From NCBI GenBank assembly GCA_002269645.1, contig NIVC01000189.1, forward strand, positions 75,875 through 139,874: a stretch of DNA of 64,000 nucleotides, read 5' to 3'. The notes beneath the pieces were generated by a model. It saw nothing but the letters and a program-made list of their open reading frames with translations. It was not told the DNA's origin and did no database searches. Shown here one piece after another: positions 12,404-25,941 of this stretch (position 1 is its first letter; each line of letters starts with the position of its first letter). Position numbers and translations under genes: made by a program. Source of the DNA: Macrostomum lignano. Lineage: Eukaryota.

Positions 12404-13117
12404 GATACCTGACCAATGAGTTTCACAAGAGCACCAGACACGGAACAATCTCCTCATTTTCAACTTTGCATTCCTTTGCCATTCCTCTCAACAATAAAGT
12501 ATAAAATGCTTTAATTAGAGAAAATTATTTATTTCCCTTGCACTTTTTTGACGCTCCAGAAACTACAAGACTCGTGAAAAACAGTTACTGCGCGGGTTTC
12601 GTTGTTGCTTTTGTTTAAATTTTCGTATTACTTTTGAGAGCAGAAAAACAAAGTCGTTGAAACTTGCCGCTCTAGAAACATATTTTCGTTTAAGTTGACT
12701 CCTTGTCGAGTAACGAAGTGTTACTCAAACGTTAATAAGCTTAATGATTTTGAGTTATTTTTGTTTTCATTTACTGAGGTATCTTGTGTTTATTTTTCTT
12801 CCATTCATAACATACTTCATATTGAAGAGGCTGCGCCTTTAGTCTGAGTAAGTGGGACTCTCTAAAGAAACGATGGTGTAAGGGTTCTAACAGCAGGTAT
12901 TAATCTCATCTGCTGCAACTTTTATCAGCCGCCATTTTTGCAAATAAAATTTTTAATGAAAATTAGTAACAGCTGCAGTAATTATTATTTTATAAACTAT
13001 TAAAGTATTGCCTTGTATTAAAATCAAAATCAATAAATAAACTTTAAAACTAATTTATTACTTCTACCAAATTCAGATCGTGAATTTTTGTTGCTAAATT
13101 TGGCATGGAGTTGCTAT

Positions 13118-13650
13118 GGGGTGGTGGATTAAATGGGGTGGTGGATTAAACGGGGTGGTGGATTAAATGAAGTGATGGATTAAATGGGTGGTTGGTTTAA
13201 TGGGGTGGTGGGTTTAATGGGGTGGTGGGTTCAATGGGGTGGTGGGTTTAATGGGGTGGTGGGTTCAATGGGGTGGTGGGTTTAATGGGGTGGTGGGTTT
13301 AATGGGGTGGTGGGTTCAATGGGGTGGTGGGTTTAATGGGGTGGTGGGTTTAATGGGGTGTTGGGTTCAATGGGGTGGTGGGTTTAATGGGGTGGTGGGT
13401 TCAATGGGGTGGTGGGTTCAATGGGGTGGTGGGTTCAATGGGGTGGTGGATTCAATGGGGTGGTGGGTTCAATGGGGTGGTGGGTTCAATGGGGTGGTGG
13501 ATTCAATGGGGTGGTGGATTCAATGGGATGGTGGGTTTATTGGGGTGGCGGAATTAGTGGGGTGGTGGGTTTAATTGGCTGGTGGGTTTATTAGGGTGGT
13601 GGATTCAACGAGGTGGTGGATTCAATGAGGTGGTGGATTCAGTGGGGTGG
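13118..13650 (+). repeat. 17-bp G-rich minisatellite (GGGGTGGTGGGTTYAAT)n
   Basis: About 30 units lying between the convergent 3' ends of the ninein-like and PHACTR genes. Confidence 0.9.
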
Positions 13651-14554
13651 CACGTGGGCTGTACAACGGTTGAGTGCTGCGGCTGAGCAGGTGAAATTTG
13701 TTAATGCTAGCAAGGTTTAAGTTTTAATAATTTAACAGTGAAAGCCACTCAACGAATTATATGAACGCATTTTAGAGAAAAATGGCATGAAAACTTACAA
13801 AAAGGGATTAACGCTTCTGTTAATCTTCTGTTCAACTAAATAAACGCGACTTATTGTTGAAATTATTTATTTTATTATTATTAATAATAAGTGTTGAGAG
13901 TAATGCATGATGTACAGTTAAAAGCAACAATTTACAGTGTCCAGATGCCGTTCAAAAGCAGATAGTAAGTAAATTAGTCATTTAGTTAGTCACCAGGCAA
14001 AGGGAAAATGGTTTACTAATACAATAATATTAATTATTGTCCACCATCAAGGGTGTGTGCGCTAAATGACATTCAGCTGTTAAACAGGTAGCACAAAAAA
14101 TACAGCGGTTTGGTACAAGAATAGCTAGCACATGTTGAAAACTCGAGCTACACAAGTCAGACAAAAAAAATAAAATTTGCCATATCTCACAGCAGCTGAG
14201 TATTTGTAAGGCCAGAAAAACCGCTATAGAAGTTCGCAGAGCAGTCTATTTGGGAGACGGAAAAATAAAAGACAAGCACAGCACACGCCTGTCTAATATA
14301 ATCAGTAATGAATGCACAGAACTTCTATTGCGCAACTGCTTTTTTTATTAATCGAGTAGAAACCAACACACGCACATATCCTACTAGAAGTAGTTAAACA
14401 AAATAGTGGACATTGTTAACAAAATGTTTGTTTTTGTCTAGAAAAGCTGCATTTGAAAAATGAGTCACTACACATGATTGGTAAAGACAGGCAAAGATTG
14501 ATCTGCTAAATATTACCTGTGCAGTACATACTGTACTTGCTAGTGTAAGTTACA

Positions 14555-17500
14555 TTAGGGCTTATGAAATCGAGTGAATCTCTTGCTTTCCTCGTGAACC
14601 GGCATTTCGTAGGCTTTGAAGTCGTTTAACTCTTTACGGATGCGAGCCTGAAATTGGAATTTTCCATTGTATGAGCTTAAATTGGGGTTGCATAAGTTCT
14701 ATTACTGATCTGCTTTACCTGAGGATCTGGGGGGCTGGTCATATCTGGGGATCTGGGAGGCTGGTCACCTGGGGATCTGGGAGGCTGGTCATACCTGGGA
14801 ATCTGGGAGGTTGGTCATACCTGGGGATCTGGGAGGCTGGTCATACCTGGGGATCTGGGAGGCTGGTCATACCTGGGGATCTGGGAGGCTGGCCATACCT
14901 GGGGATCTGGGAGGCTGGTCATACCTGGGGATCTGGGAGGCTGGTCATACCTGGGGATCTGGGAGGCTGGTCATACCTGGGGATCTGGGAGGCTGGTCAC
15001 CTGAGGATCTGTGAGGCTGGTCATACCTGGGGATCTGGGGGGCTGGTCATATCTCGGGATCCGGGAGGCTGGTCACCTGAGGATCTGTGAGGCTGGTCAT
15101 ACCTGGGGATCTGGGGGGCTGGTCATATCTCGGGATCCGGGAGGCTGGTCACCTGAGGATCTGAGAGGCTGGTCACCTGGGGATCTGAGAGGCTGGTCAC
15201 CTGAGGATCTGAGAGGCTGGTCACCTGAGGATCCGGGAGGCTGGTCACCTGAGGATCTGGGAGGCTGGTCACCTGGGGATCTGAGAGGCTGGTCACCTGA
15301 GGATCTGAGAGGCTGGTCACCTGAGGATCCGGGAGGCTGGTCACCTGAGGATCTGGGAGGCTGGTAACCTGGGGATCTGGGAGGCTGGTCACCTGAGGAT
15401 CTGGGAGGCTGGTCACCTGAGGATCTGGGAGGCTGGTCACCTGAGGATCTGGGAGGCTGGTCACCTGAGGATCTGGGAGGCTGGTAACCTAGGGATCCGG
15501 GAGGCTGGTCACCTGAGGATCTGCGAGGCTGGTCACCTAGGGATCTGGGTGGCTGGTCAGTTAGGCATCTGGGAGGCTGGTCAGTTAGGGACCTGGGAGC
15601 CTGGTCACCTGAGGATCCGGGAGGCTGGTCACTTAGGGATCTGGGAGGCTGGTCACATGAGGATCTGTGAGGCTGGTCACCTGAGGATCTGGGAGGCTGG
15701 TCACCTGAGGATCTGGGAGGCTGGTCACCTGAGGATCTGGGAGGCTGGTCACCTGAGGATCTGCGAGGCTGGTCACCTGAGGATCTGGGAGGCTGGTCAG
15801 TTAGGGACCTGGAAGGCTGGTCACCTGAGGATCTGGGAGGCTGGTCACCTGAGGATCTGCGAGGCTGGTCACCTGAGGATCTGGGAGGCTGGTAACCTGG
15901 GGATCTGGGAGGCTGGTCACCTGAGGATCTGGGAGGCTGGTCACCTGAGGATCTGAGAGGCTGGTCACCTGAGGATCTGGGAGGCTGGTCACCTGAGGAT
16001 CTGCGAGGCTGGTCACCTGAGGATCTGAGAGGCTGGTCACCTAAGGATCTGGGAGGCTGGTCACCCGAGGATCTGGGAGGCTGGTCATACCTGGGGATCT
16101 GGGAGGCTGGTCATACCTGGGGATCTGGGAGGCTGGTCATACCTGGGGATCTGGGAGGCTGGTCATACCTGGGGATCTGGGAGGCTGGTCATACCTGGGA
16201 ATCTGGGAGGTTGGTCATACCTGGGGATCTGGGAGGCTGGTCATACCTGGGGATCTGGGAGGCTGGTCATACCTGGGGATCTGGGAGGCTGGCCATACCT
16301 GGGGATCTGGGAGGCTGGTCATACCTGGGAATCTGGGAGGTTGGTCATACCTGGGGATCTGGGAGGCTGGTCATACCTGGGGATCTGTGAGGCTGGTCAT
16401 ACCTGGGGATCTGGGAGGCTGGTCACCTGAGGATCTGTGAGGCTGGTCATACCTGGGGATCTGGGAGGCTGGTCATACCTGGGGATCTGGGAGGCTGGTC
16501 ACCTGAGGATCTGTGAGGCTGGTCATACCTGGGGATCTGGGAGGCTGGTCATACCTGGGGATCTGGGAGGCTGGTCACCCGAGGATCTGGGATGATGTTT
16601 AGTTAAACAGCTAATGAACGTTGGATCCCATAGGATCCAAATAAAGGCAGAAAGGCCAGTTGAGCACGGCAACAAACCTTATCCACCGCAGTCAGCCGAG
16701 TCCACGGCTTGTCTACAGCCCTGTCGTACTCCTCCGTGTCGGTGACCTCCACATAGTCATTGAATCGGATGATGCGCTTCTCTCGCAATTCCTGAATTGT
16801 GGGCCGGAAGCTCAGCTTCCTAGTCAGATATTTGATAATCTGCTGCTTCTCGGTCTCCAGAGCCGCTTCCGACTTGTTGTGCAGAATATTCCGACACTGC
16901 AGCTCCTCTGGCGTCGGTCTTTGACTCAGGCGACGTTCCAGCACGCTACCGATTCTGTCGCGCTCCTCGCGACGCTCCTGGGACGGCACTCGACGTACCG
17001 ATAGAATCTGGCGACGTTCGACTTTCTGAGATTCTAGAAATCTGGCTAGAGAATCTTTGCGCTTGATTTTCGCTGCCAGGCCCGAGCGGGGAGCGGCGCC
17101 GGCGGTGGATGAGCCGCTTGACGTGTCGGCGGCGGCGGCTGAAGACGGCGACGTGTTGGCGGTGGTGACGGCTGCTGGACGGGTTCCGCTGCGGGAGGCC
17201 TGGAAGGGGTTGAAAGGTTTAGATGATTGCTTTTTGACATAGTGGTTGGATCAAGTTAAGGATCTGGGAGGGGAGTTGGGTCAAGTTAAGGATCTGGGAG
17301 GGGAGTTGGGTCAAGTTGGGGATCTGGGAGGGGAGTTGGGTCAAGTTGGGGATCTGGGGAGGGGAGTTGGGTCAAGTTGGGGATCTGGGAGGGGAGTTGG
17401 GTCAAGTTGCGGATCTGGGAGGGGAGTTGGGTCAAGTTGAGGATCTGGGAGGGGAGTTGGGGATCTAAAGGGGGTTAGATCAAGTTGGGGATCTGGGAGA

Positions 17501-20500
17501 GGAGCTGGGTCAAGTTCGGGATCTGGGCGGGGAGTTGGGTCAAATTGGGGATCTAGAAGGGGATTTGGGTCAAATTGGGGATTTGGAGGGGGGAATTGGG
17601 TCAAGTTGGGGATCTGGAGAGGGGATTTCGGTCAAGTTGGGGATCTGGGAGGGAGTTGGGTCAAGTTGGGGATCTAAAGGGAGTTAGATCAAGTTGGGGA
17701 TCTAAAGGGAGTTAGATCAAGTTGGGGATCTGGGAGGGGATTTGGGTCAAGTTGGGGATATGAGAGGGTGGTTGGATTAAGTTGGGACAGCGATTGGAGC
17801 AAGTAGAGGGATCTGGAAAAATAGCAACAGCCCCAAAGAGTGAAAATGGAGGATCTAGACAGATATACTAATAACAACAGCATTTCAACAGCTTACCTTA
17901 TCCTTCCCCTTGCTTCCTGGCAGTTTAATAATGCCCCGCTCAGGCTGCCTGCTCAGGTCGGGCTGTTTAGCGGGCACCTGCTCGTAGCCTTCCATCCCGG
18001 GAACGCTGTCATCAGCTTCCTCATCACCGTCGATGGAGCTGTCTTCATCGATGTCGTCGTCATCTTCATCGGCAACATCGTCGTAGAATCGATCGCCGCT
18101 TTGTTGATCAACATTAGCAGCCTCATCGCTGTCCGAATCGCTATTATGATGATTATTATTACTACTACTATTATTATTATTAGTATTGGAGTCGTCTTCT
18201 TCGTCGCTATAATCGTTGGCAAGTGGCGACACGGGAACTGTAGCGGATGCGGAGGCTGCTAGCAGCTGTTGTTGACGTTGAATTAATTGCTTCTGCAGCA
18301 TCAGGTGCTGAGATTGGCCAGCCGCTGATGAATATGACAGGTCCACTGTTGGCGCGGAGCTGATGCTCTGATTGTTGTTGTTATTGTGATGCTTCTGGTT
18401 GCTGTCAGCGCTGACAATGGCTGGAATCAGGGACAAGTATCAGATTTATTATTTGTTGTAATAGTTTCTTATTTATTAATAGCAGTAGTTATCCATTCTA
18501 CTGACAAGTATTTCATACTATTCCTGAGTTCTCCATGCTACTGATTAGTACTCAATACTACTCACGAGTACTCTACACTACTCACGAGTACTCTACACTA
18601 CTCATGAGTACTCTACACTACTCACGAGCACTCATACTACCCATGAGTACTCAATACTACTCACGATCACTCATACTACTCATGAGTACTCAATACTACT
18701 CATGAGTACTCAATACTACTCATGAGTACTCAATACTACTCATGAGTACTCTACACTACTCATGAGTACTCAATACTACTCATGAGTACTCAATACTACT
18801 CATGAGTACTCAATACTACTCACGAGCACTCATACTACTCATGAGTACTCAATACTACTCATGAGTACTCAATACTACTCATGAGTACTCAATACTACTC
18901 ATGAGTACTCAATACTACTCATGAGTACTCTACACTACTCATGAGTACTCAATACTACTCATGAGTACTCAATACTACTCATGAGTACTCAATACTACTC
19001 ATGAGTACTCTACACTACTCATGAGTACTCAATACTACTCATGAGTACTCAATACTACTCATGAGTACTCTACACTACTCATGAGTACTCAATACTACTC
19101 ATGAGTACTCAATACTACTCATGAGTACTCAATACTACTCATGAGTACTCTACACTACTCACGAGTACTCCATACTCGTCTTGAATGTAAACGCTGCAAC
19201 TCACCCAAAGGTCGATTGTCGCTAACGCTGGTTTCTCCAGACTTTGGCGTCGAACTGACGTGACGAAGCAGTGACATGCCGGGAGGCTGACCGCCGCCGG
19301 CGCCGCCGAGAGTCGCTGGGCCAACAGGCAGTACCGGCACCCCGCCTGATACACGGGCAGTTGGCGAAGCTGCAGATAGTTTGAAAAGTTTCAGGAATGA
19401 AGAGGCTTTTGATGAAGAAGTTGGCTGATGAAGAGATGAAGGGGCAGATTACTCAGAGAAATATTCTTGAAGTAAGACACAAGGATTCTTATAAAATGTA
19501 CATTGATTTCGACCACAAAGCAATCATTTTAAACTCAAACTTCAAAGCAGATCGGGCAAAATGACGCGATGTGACGTGATGATAGACTAGCTTGGCATGC
19601 ACATAGAGGGCTAAACCTATTAGTCTATCACACAACAGGCAATGCTTACACTGAAAATTATAACAAATTTTAGTTCCGAGCAAATTAGAGATCTTGCCCA
19701 GCAACTGAGGATCTGGGAGGCTGGCCCAGCAACTGAGGATCTGGGAGGCTGGCCCAGCAACTGAGGATCTGGGAGGCTGGCCCAGCAACTGAGGATCTGG
19801 AGGGCTGGCCCAGCAACTGAGGATCTGGGAGGCTGGCCCAGCAACTGAGGATCTGGGAGGCTGGCCCAGCAACTGAGGATCTGGAGGGCTGGCCCAGCAA
19901 CTGAGGATCTGGGAGGCTGGCCCAGCAACTGAGGATCTGGGAGGCTGGCCCAGCAACTGAGGATCTGGGAGGCTGGCCCAGCAACTGAGGATCTGGGAGG
20001 CTGGCCCAGCAACTGAGGATCTGGGAGGCTGGCCCAGCAACTGAGGATCTGGGAGGCTGGCCCAGCAACTGAGGATCTGGGAGGCTGGCCCAGTAACTGA
20101 GGATCTGGGAGGCTGGCCCAGTAACTGAGGATCTGGGAGGCTGGCCCAGCAACTGACACTCTGAGAGGCTGGCCCAGCATTGGGAGACGTAGCCAGAAAC
20201 AAATCGTGCAAATCTGGTGGTAAAAAAAATAAAAAAACTTGCGGCAAGCACATTGGTAATAGTCATTAGTTTGCCATGCACTTTCCGACAAATAATACTT
20301 TAACAGCTGATACACTGCCGAAAAAAAACAAATTTTAGAAAAAAAAACTGAAAGCCACACCAAAGCTAAACTGCTGCTGGTCTGAGGTGGGCAACTGAGG
20401 CGACAGGATCAATAGAGGCTGAGGCCGAGCAGGTCGACTTTGATCAGCATTGTCAGCTGACAGAATCCGATGGAAAGGTCTGGGCCGCAGTGCCACAGAC

Positions 20501-23500
20501 GATTGGTCAATCAGCTGATCAGAATTAGCGCCGGCCTTTCTACTCATTGGTTGCTGTTGTTGTTGTTGGTGCCTCGGCAACAACCGAATACGCGGAGCTG
20601 ATCGATTTGTTAGCGTGCGTTCACAAAGATATATTAATACACAATCATAGTATCACGATAAAGAGGTTTCACAAGCCTCAGATTTTATAATTTCGAAAGT
20701 TCACAAGTTCGAAAGTTCACAAACTCGAAGGGTCACAAGTTCGAAAGTTCACAAACTTGAAAGTTCACAGACTCGAAAGTTCACAGACTCGAAGGGTCAC
20801 AGACTCGAAGGGTCACAAATTCGAAAGTTCACAAACTCGAAAGGTCACAAGTTTTTTCAAGTTCACAAACTCGAAGGGTCACAAGTTCGAAAGTTCACAA
20901 ACTCGAAAGTTCACAGACTCGAAGGGTCACAAGTTCGAAAGTTCACAAACTCGAAGGGTCACAAGTTCGAAAGTTCACAAACTCGAAGGGTCACAAGTTC
21001 GAAAGTTCACAAACTCGAAGGGTCACAAGTTCAAAAGTTCACAAACTCGAAGGGTCACAAGTTCGAAAGTTCACAAACTCGAAGGGTCACAAGTTCGAAA
21101 GTTCACAAACTCGAAAGGTCACAAGTTCGAAAGGTCACAAACTCTAAAGTTCACAACTTTGACTTTGATGTTTTTGGCTACGTTTGATGAAAGTGATGAA
21201 TTTTTATCATTACGCGTATATAAATATAAATAATACTCGTAAAAAAATTGCCAGTGACATTAACATACAAAAATAAAATCTTGAAAGGAAGTTTTTTTTA
21301 CTGGGAAAAAACTATTGATAGATTTATTAAATAATCAAGTCTTGTATCTGTTATCTAAAAAGAACCGTAGTATAGTCTTAATCAATCGAATGAAATTCAG
21401 TATTAATTAAACAGATGTAAATTAATAAGCTTACCGGATGGCAGGCCTGGTGAAGGCACAAAGTTACTATCGGACCCTGCTGTGTCAGGGGCGTCAACTG
21501 TGTCAGCGGCTGAAATATTAAAATGTATGATTGAAGATTGTGGGTGGAAAGTGGGGGAGAGGGGGAGATAAGTAAGAGAGAGGGGGAGATAAGTAAGAGA
21601 GAGGGGTAGATAAGTGAGGGAGAGGGGAGATAAGTAAGAGAGAGGGGGAGATAAGTAAGAGAGAGGGGGAGATAAGTGAGGGAGAGGGGAGATAAGTGAG
21701 GGAGAGGGGAGATAAGTAAGAGAGAGGGGGAGATAAGTAAGAGAGAGGGGGAGATAAGTAAGAGAGAGGGGGAGATAAGTGAGGGAGAGGGGAGATAAGT
21801 GAGGGAGAGGGGAGATAAGTGAGGGAGAGGGAGATAAGTGAGGGAGAGGGAGATAAGTGAGGGAGAGGGAGATAAGTGAGGGAGAGGGGAGATAAGTGAG
21901 GGAGAGGGGAGATAAGTGAGGGAGAGGGGAGATAAGTGAGGGAGAGGGAGATAAGTGAGGGAGAGGGGAGATAAGTGAGGGAGAGGGGAGATAAGTGAGG
22001 GAGAGGGGAGATAAGTGAGGGAGAGGGAGATAAGTGAGGGAGAGGGAGATAAGTGAGGGAGAGGGAGATAAGTGAGGGAGAGGGGAGATAAGTGAGGGAG
22101 AGGGAGATAAGTGAGGGAGAGGGGAGATAAGTGAGGGAGAGGGGAGATAAGTGAGGGAGAGGGAGATAAGTGAGGGAGAGGGAGATAAGTGAGGGAGAGG
22201 GGAGATAAGTGAGGGAGAGGGGAGATAAGTGAGGGAGAGGGGAGATAAGTGAGGGAGAGGGGAGATAAGTGAGGGAGAGGGAGATAAGTGAGGGAGAGGG
22301 GAGATAAGTGAGGGAGAGGGGAGATAAGTGAGGGAGAGGGAGATAAGTGAGGGAGAGGGAGATAAGTGAGGAAGATAAGTGAGGCAGATAAAAGTAGATA
22401 AAGCAAGCTCACCCCCAGCGTTAGCCGCCTGCTCCTCCGGCAGCTTTGGTTGCTGGCCATTTTTCTTTTTTCGCTTCCATTTCCACGGCTTGAGCAGTTT
22501 GCCTAAACCGGCCAATTTGTGTCCTCGATGGACCCCAGCAGCTGCGGACTTGCTGTTGCCACTTGCGCTGCTGCCGGAAGTGGCCACAGGGAATGCTCCG
22601 TCACACCCGTCGCCGCTGCCATTTTCGGCTAGGGCTGCAGCAAGTTCTTGGGCTGATAGGCTGCCTCGAACTGCTGTGGTGCCTGGTTGATTATAATATT
22701 GTTTAATATTGCTGCACAGAATGATGCATTGGTCATATTGGTATAAATTTGTAACCTTGTTTATTGACTTCTAATAACAATAATTTTATTAAAGCCAAAA
22801 ACTCTATTCTAGAATCAAGATAAGCTAGACTGGTTTAGACAAATTTTAGTAATTAATATTTTCAATTCCTGTGGCTTACTGAGATGGAGAAAGAGAAGGA
22901 ATGGAGAAGGAAGTTATATCAAGCAATTATAACCAAATATTAGAAAATAGACCTTGAATAGTTTTAGGCCAAAAATATGGCCCATTTTTGTATTAATTTT
23001 TTTTGTATTTAAAATTGTATTAAAAAAACAAACAATTCAAAGTACCTTTTTAAATGATTTACTCAGTTTGTTTCTGTCATTATAGTAAAAAATTGTCAAA
23101 ACAATATGTTATTAAAATCACTTATTATCAAAATTATCTACATCTCTTGGCCTTGAATCGAGTTCTATTTTAGTAAGACTTAGACTTATAGTATAATAAC
23201 AAAAAATTCATAATATTAATTAGTAATAATATATACTATTAAAATCGACATGTCTATACAATTTGCTAGTAGGAAATCTGCTAGCTGAAGCTTGCTAGCA
23301 AGAATCTAATCAAAACCAGTGAGCAGCAATTTGGTTAGCCAAACTTAATATAATACAATTCAAAATTACAAGAATTTGAATGTACTTCATATACAAAATG
23401 TGTTTATTAAAAACACATTAAAATATGGCTGCTTTGGTCAAGATAAAACCTATTTTCTTTTTTAAAGTATTTAGGAAAAGGCTGATCAGACTAAAATTAT

Positions 23501-25941
23501 AAGCAGGTCCAACAAAACAATCATAATTTTTTTCAAATCAGGTAGTTTAGGTAGTTAAGTTTTAACATATTTATATATAACTCTTAGTCTAAATAGCTAG
23601 CAGTAGCAGTATGAGCTATTTACTTGTATGAATCAAGGTGGCTCAAATTAGAATCAAAACCTACAATAGATAAAAAAGCAAAGTAGCAAGTTTGGCTAGC
23701 AAATTCCTGGTTGCTAGCATATTTTGGCTAGCCAGATTCCTACTACCGAATATTGGCTAGCCAAATATATTGTCATATTCAAAATTGTCATATGATAATG
23801 ACAACTTGACCAAATCCATAAGACTAACATTTAAATATGACAACCTTGAGTCTTGCCTACAGGGTAAGGGCAAGGAACCAGATTGGGAAAATAGATCAGT
23901 TAGTTAAGAAAATAATAAAAACTAATGATGATAACCTCAACTACCAAAATTAAGTCAAATTCTTAGAAATGGAATCTAATTCAACAAAAAAGCCTATTTT
24001 TCAAACCTTAAAATTAATTTACATATATACAAGTAATTCATATTATTGCTAAGGAATATTATCCAAAATAAAGTTCCTATTTACATGTAAATTAACCTTG
24101 ATTATTCAGTTAATAAACTATTAATTTTATTAAGAATAGGCTTCATATTTTCTATGCAAATAGTGTGGTAGGTGGGTGCCTCCCACTGAACTGTTTAAAT
24201 TTTGTCCTGTTTTGGTCGTTAATTTGTCATTCATCCTGGGTTTGGCCCTCCTATGTCCACCTTAAGGTGCTGCCCTGACGTCATCCTCCCATCATCTCCC
24301 GCTCCCTGGTTCTAGCCTTTGTGCCCCTTTATCTGTTCACTGTTAATTTTGCCCATCTTCTCCGTCTTAATTTTCGTTTGGCCATAATTATGTCTGCAAT
24401 GTCCATTTTAATTAATGTTTATCATTTTTATGTTTGTTATATGCCATTGTATAGACTGTTCTTTAGTATTTATAGCTCAATGTGAGCATTGTTGAAATAG
24501 TTAGTTGTTCGTTCATTTAGGTTTTGTTTGTTGCTATTTCTCCTTTAACTTTGAACTGTTAATTTCTCACATCCTAATACTTGGTTACCCAATTACTTGC
24601 GAGTTAATCAACAACTAATAGTGTCTAATTTATAGTCCCCTTTGCGGCACCATCTTGCGTCTTATAATATTTTGTCACATTAGCAATAATTATCTACAAC
24701 TTATCCTACTTCTATTAATAAACAAATTAAACTTATTACTCGTTGCTTATTAAAGACCATAGCTTATCTTGAGTCATTTGCTCGTGGGGCATAAAATGAC
24801 CCAGTCTCATCTCAAAGAAAGCTCTGAGACTTCTACATTTTATAATATGTAAATTATGGTGGTGGCAGCGCTACTCTTCTAATAGTAATCAGTCAAGCAA
24901 TCAAAGCGCATTAACTATGGTGTCTGAGGACCCTCCCCGAACGCTTGTGCCTAACGAAGACTGCTCGCCTACGACTTAAACTACCCTCCCCCTAGAATTG
25001 AGGACCCTGGGAGTCGGAGTAAAACAAGAGGAAGATTCCGTTGCAATTTGTTTGCGCGATATTTCTGGATTTAATTTGTGCCAATTCAATGTCAGTGGCA
25101 ACACTGGCAATTCAAAGTAAAACTGCCCCACCTCATTTGTGTTAGCAAACCAGCAAAAATAAATTTATCGCCAAATTCCTCCCATACCCCTTTTATTTTG
25201 CTTTCTCCGCCCTACCTCAATAGCATAAATTTAAATTAAAGTTGCAAATTGTTTTGATGGTAAACAAAAACATGTTGCCACTATGAGTTGAGATCCTTAT
25301 GTAGCCAGTATAATATAATAATCAATATAACAATTTAATAAATGTAGCATTGTCCAATACTGAGAAAATGACAATTTAGATAATTGAATTGTTTTTCTTG
25401 TAAATCATAAATGACATCTCAAATCTGACAATTTCAGCTAGAATGGAACCCCTGAGATACCCTTGCCTTACCTTACTTCCCTCATTTTGCTCTGCCCTAG
25501 CCTAGGCTAAATTTGCCTTGAATTTTCAATGAAAAAGCCATCTTCCGAAGCATGGCAATAAGTTTTACTTTATATAACTTTTAATTTTAATGACAAAGTC
25601 ATGCGTTTTTTTAAACAACCAAATTATATGACTAGGCCTAGGGACCTATGGTTTTGGATATAAATATTAGGCCCTAGTATAAAAACGAAATAGAGCTTAT
25701 AAATGCAATCATATTTACCTGTTTGTTCAATTAACCCTAGACTGTTAACACAATTGCTGCATGTGTAATCACAATTGGCATGGCTGCATGGTACAATCTT
25801 ATCAACAATACTTAAGGGTAGTTTTGAAGCTGCATCAGTTGGTTCTTCCTCAACATTTTTTAAATTTGAAGCATTCGTTTCTGCCGCTCCACTGTGAATG
25901 CCATTTAATCCTTGAGTTGGAACACTAGTACTCCTTTGCAT
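14555..25941 (-). CDS. PHACTR: Phosphatase and actin regulator (PHACTR/RPEL family)
   Basis: Phase-compatible exons 25941-25812, 22682-22413, 21509-21435, 20597-20361, 19369-19205, 18420-17897, 17199-16678, 14647-14555 (TAA), about 671 aa. Motifs: N-terminal LGKLLKPWKWKRKKK; RPEL repeats (LERRLSQRPTPEELQCRNIL, LTRKLSFRPTIQELREKRII); PP1-binding tail RFNDYVEV...[23 protein letters not shown]...EESKRFTRFHKP. Exon 1 and the middle low-complexity exons are less certain. Confidence 0.88.
14720..16590 (+). repeat. 24/26-bp minisatellite with core GGATCTGGGAGGCTGGTCA
   Basis: About 75 units of two interleaved types (..TCACCTGA and ..TCATACCTGG) filling the last PHACTR intron. Confidence 0.95.
17265..17760 (+). 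repeat. About 30-bp minisatellite (GGATCTGGGAGGGGAGTTGGGTCAAGTT)n
   Basis: Tandem units in PHACTR intron 17200-17896. Confidence 0.9.
18540..19170 (+). repeat. 20-bp palindrome-rich minisatellite (CTACTCATGAGTACTCAATA)n
   Basis: About 31 units in PHACTR intron 18421-19204. Confidence 0.95.
19697..20178 (+). repeat. 28-bp minisatellite (AACTGAGGATCTGGGAGGCTGGCCCAGC)n
   Basis: About 17 units in PHACTR intron 19370-20360. Confidence 0.95.
20695..21155 (+). repeat. 32-bp (2x16) minisatellite (GTTCACAAACTCGAAGGGTCACAAGTTCGAAA)n
   Basis: Tandem dimeric units in PHACTR intron 20598-21434. Confidence 0.9.
21555..22385 (+). repeat. 19-20-bp purine-rich minisatellite (GAGGGAGAGGGGAGATAAGT)n
   Basis: Fills PHACTR intron 21510-22412; source of the (LTYLPSPS)-type pseudo-ORFs. 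Confidence 0.95.
24170..24460 (-). mobile_element. Decayed non-LTR (RTE-like) retrotransposon 3' fragment
   Basis: Minus-strand pieces MDIADIIMAKRKLR, RWAKLTVN and WEDDVRAA resemble the C-terminal KRKLRW..GH..R...RW.K...RW.D region of RTE-clade LINEs; many stops and frameshifts. Confidence 0.35.

Noticed and set aside
21378-22460. 360-394-aa Ser/Leu/Pro-rich ORFs
   Set aside because: Only the ends are real PHACTR exons; the middle is a purine-rich intronic array.
23780-25480. Possible old TIR element (inverted AGGGTAAGGGCAAGG / CCTTGCCTTACCT)
   Set aside because: Short, imperfect match with no TSD; cannot be supported.
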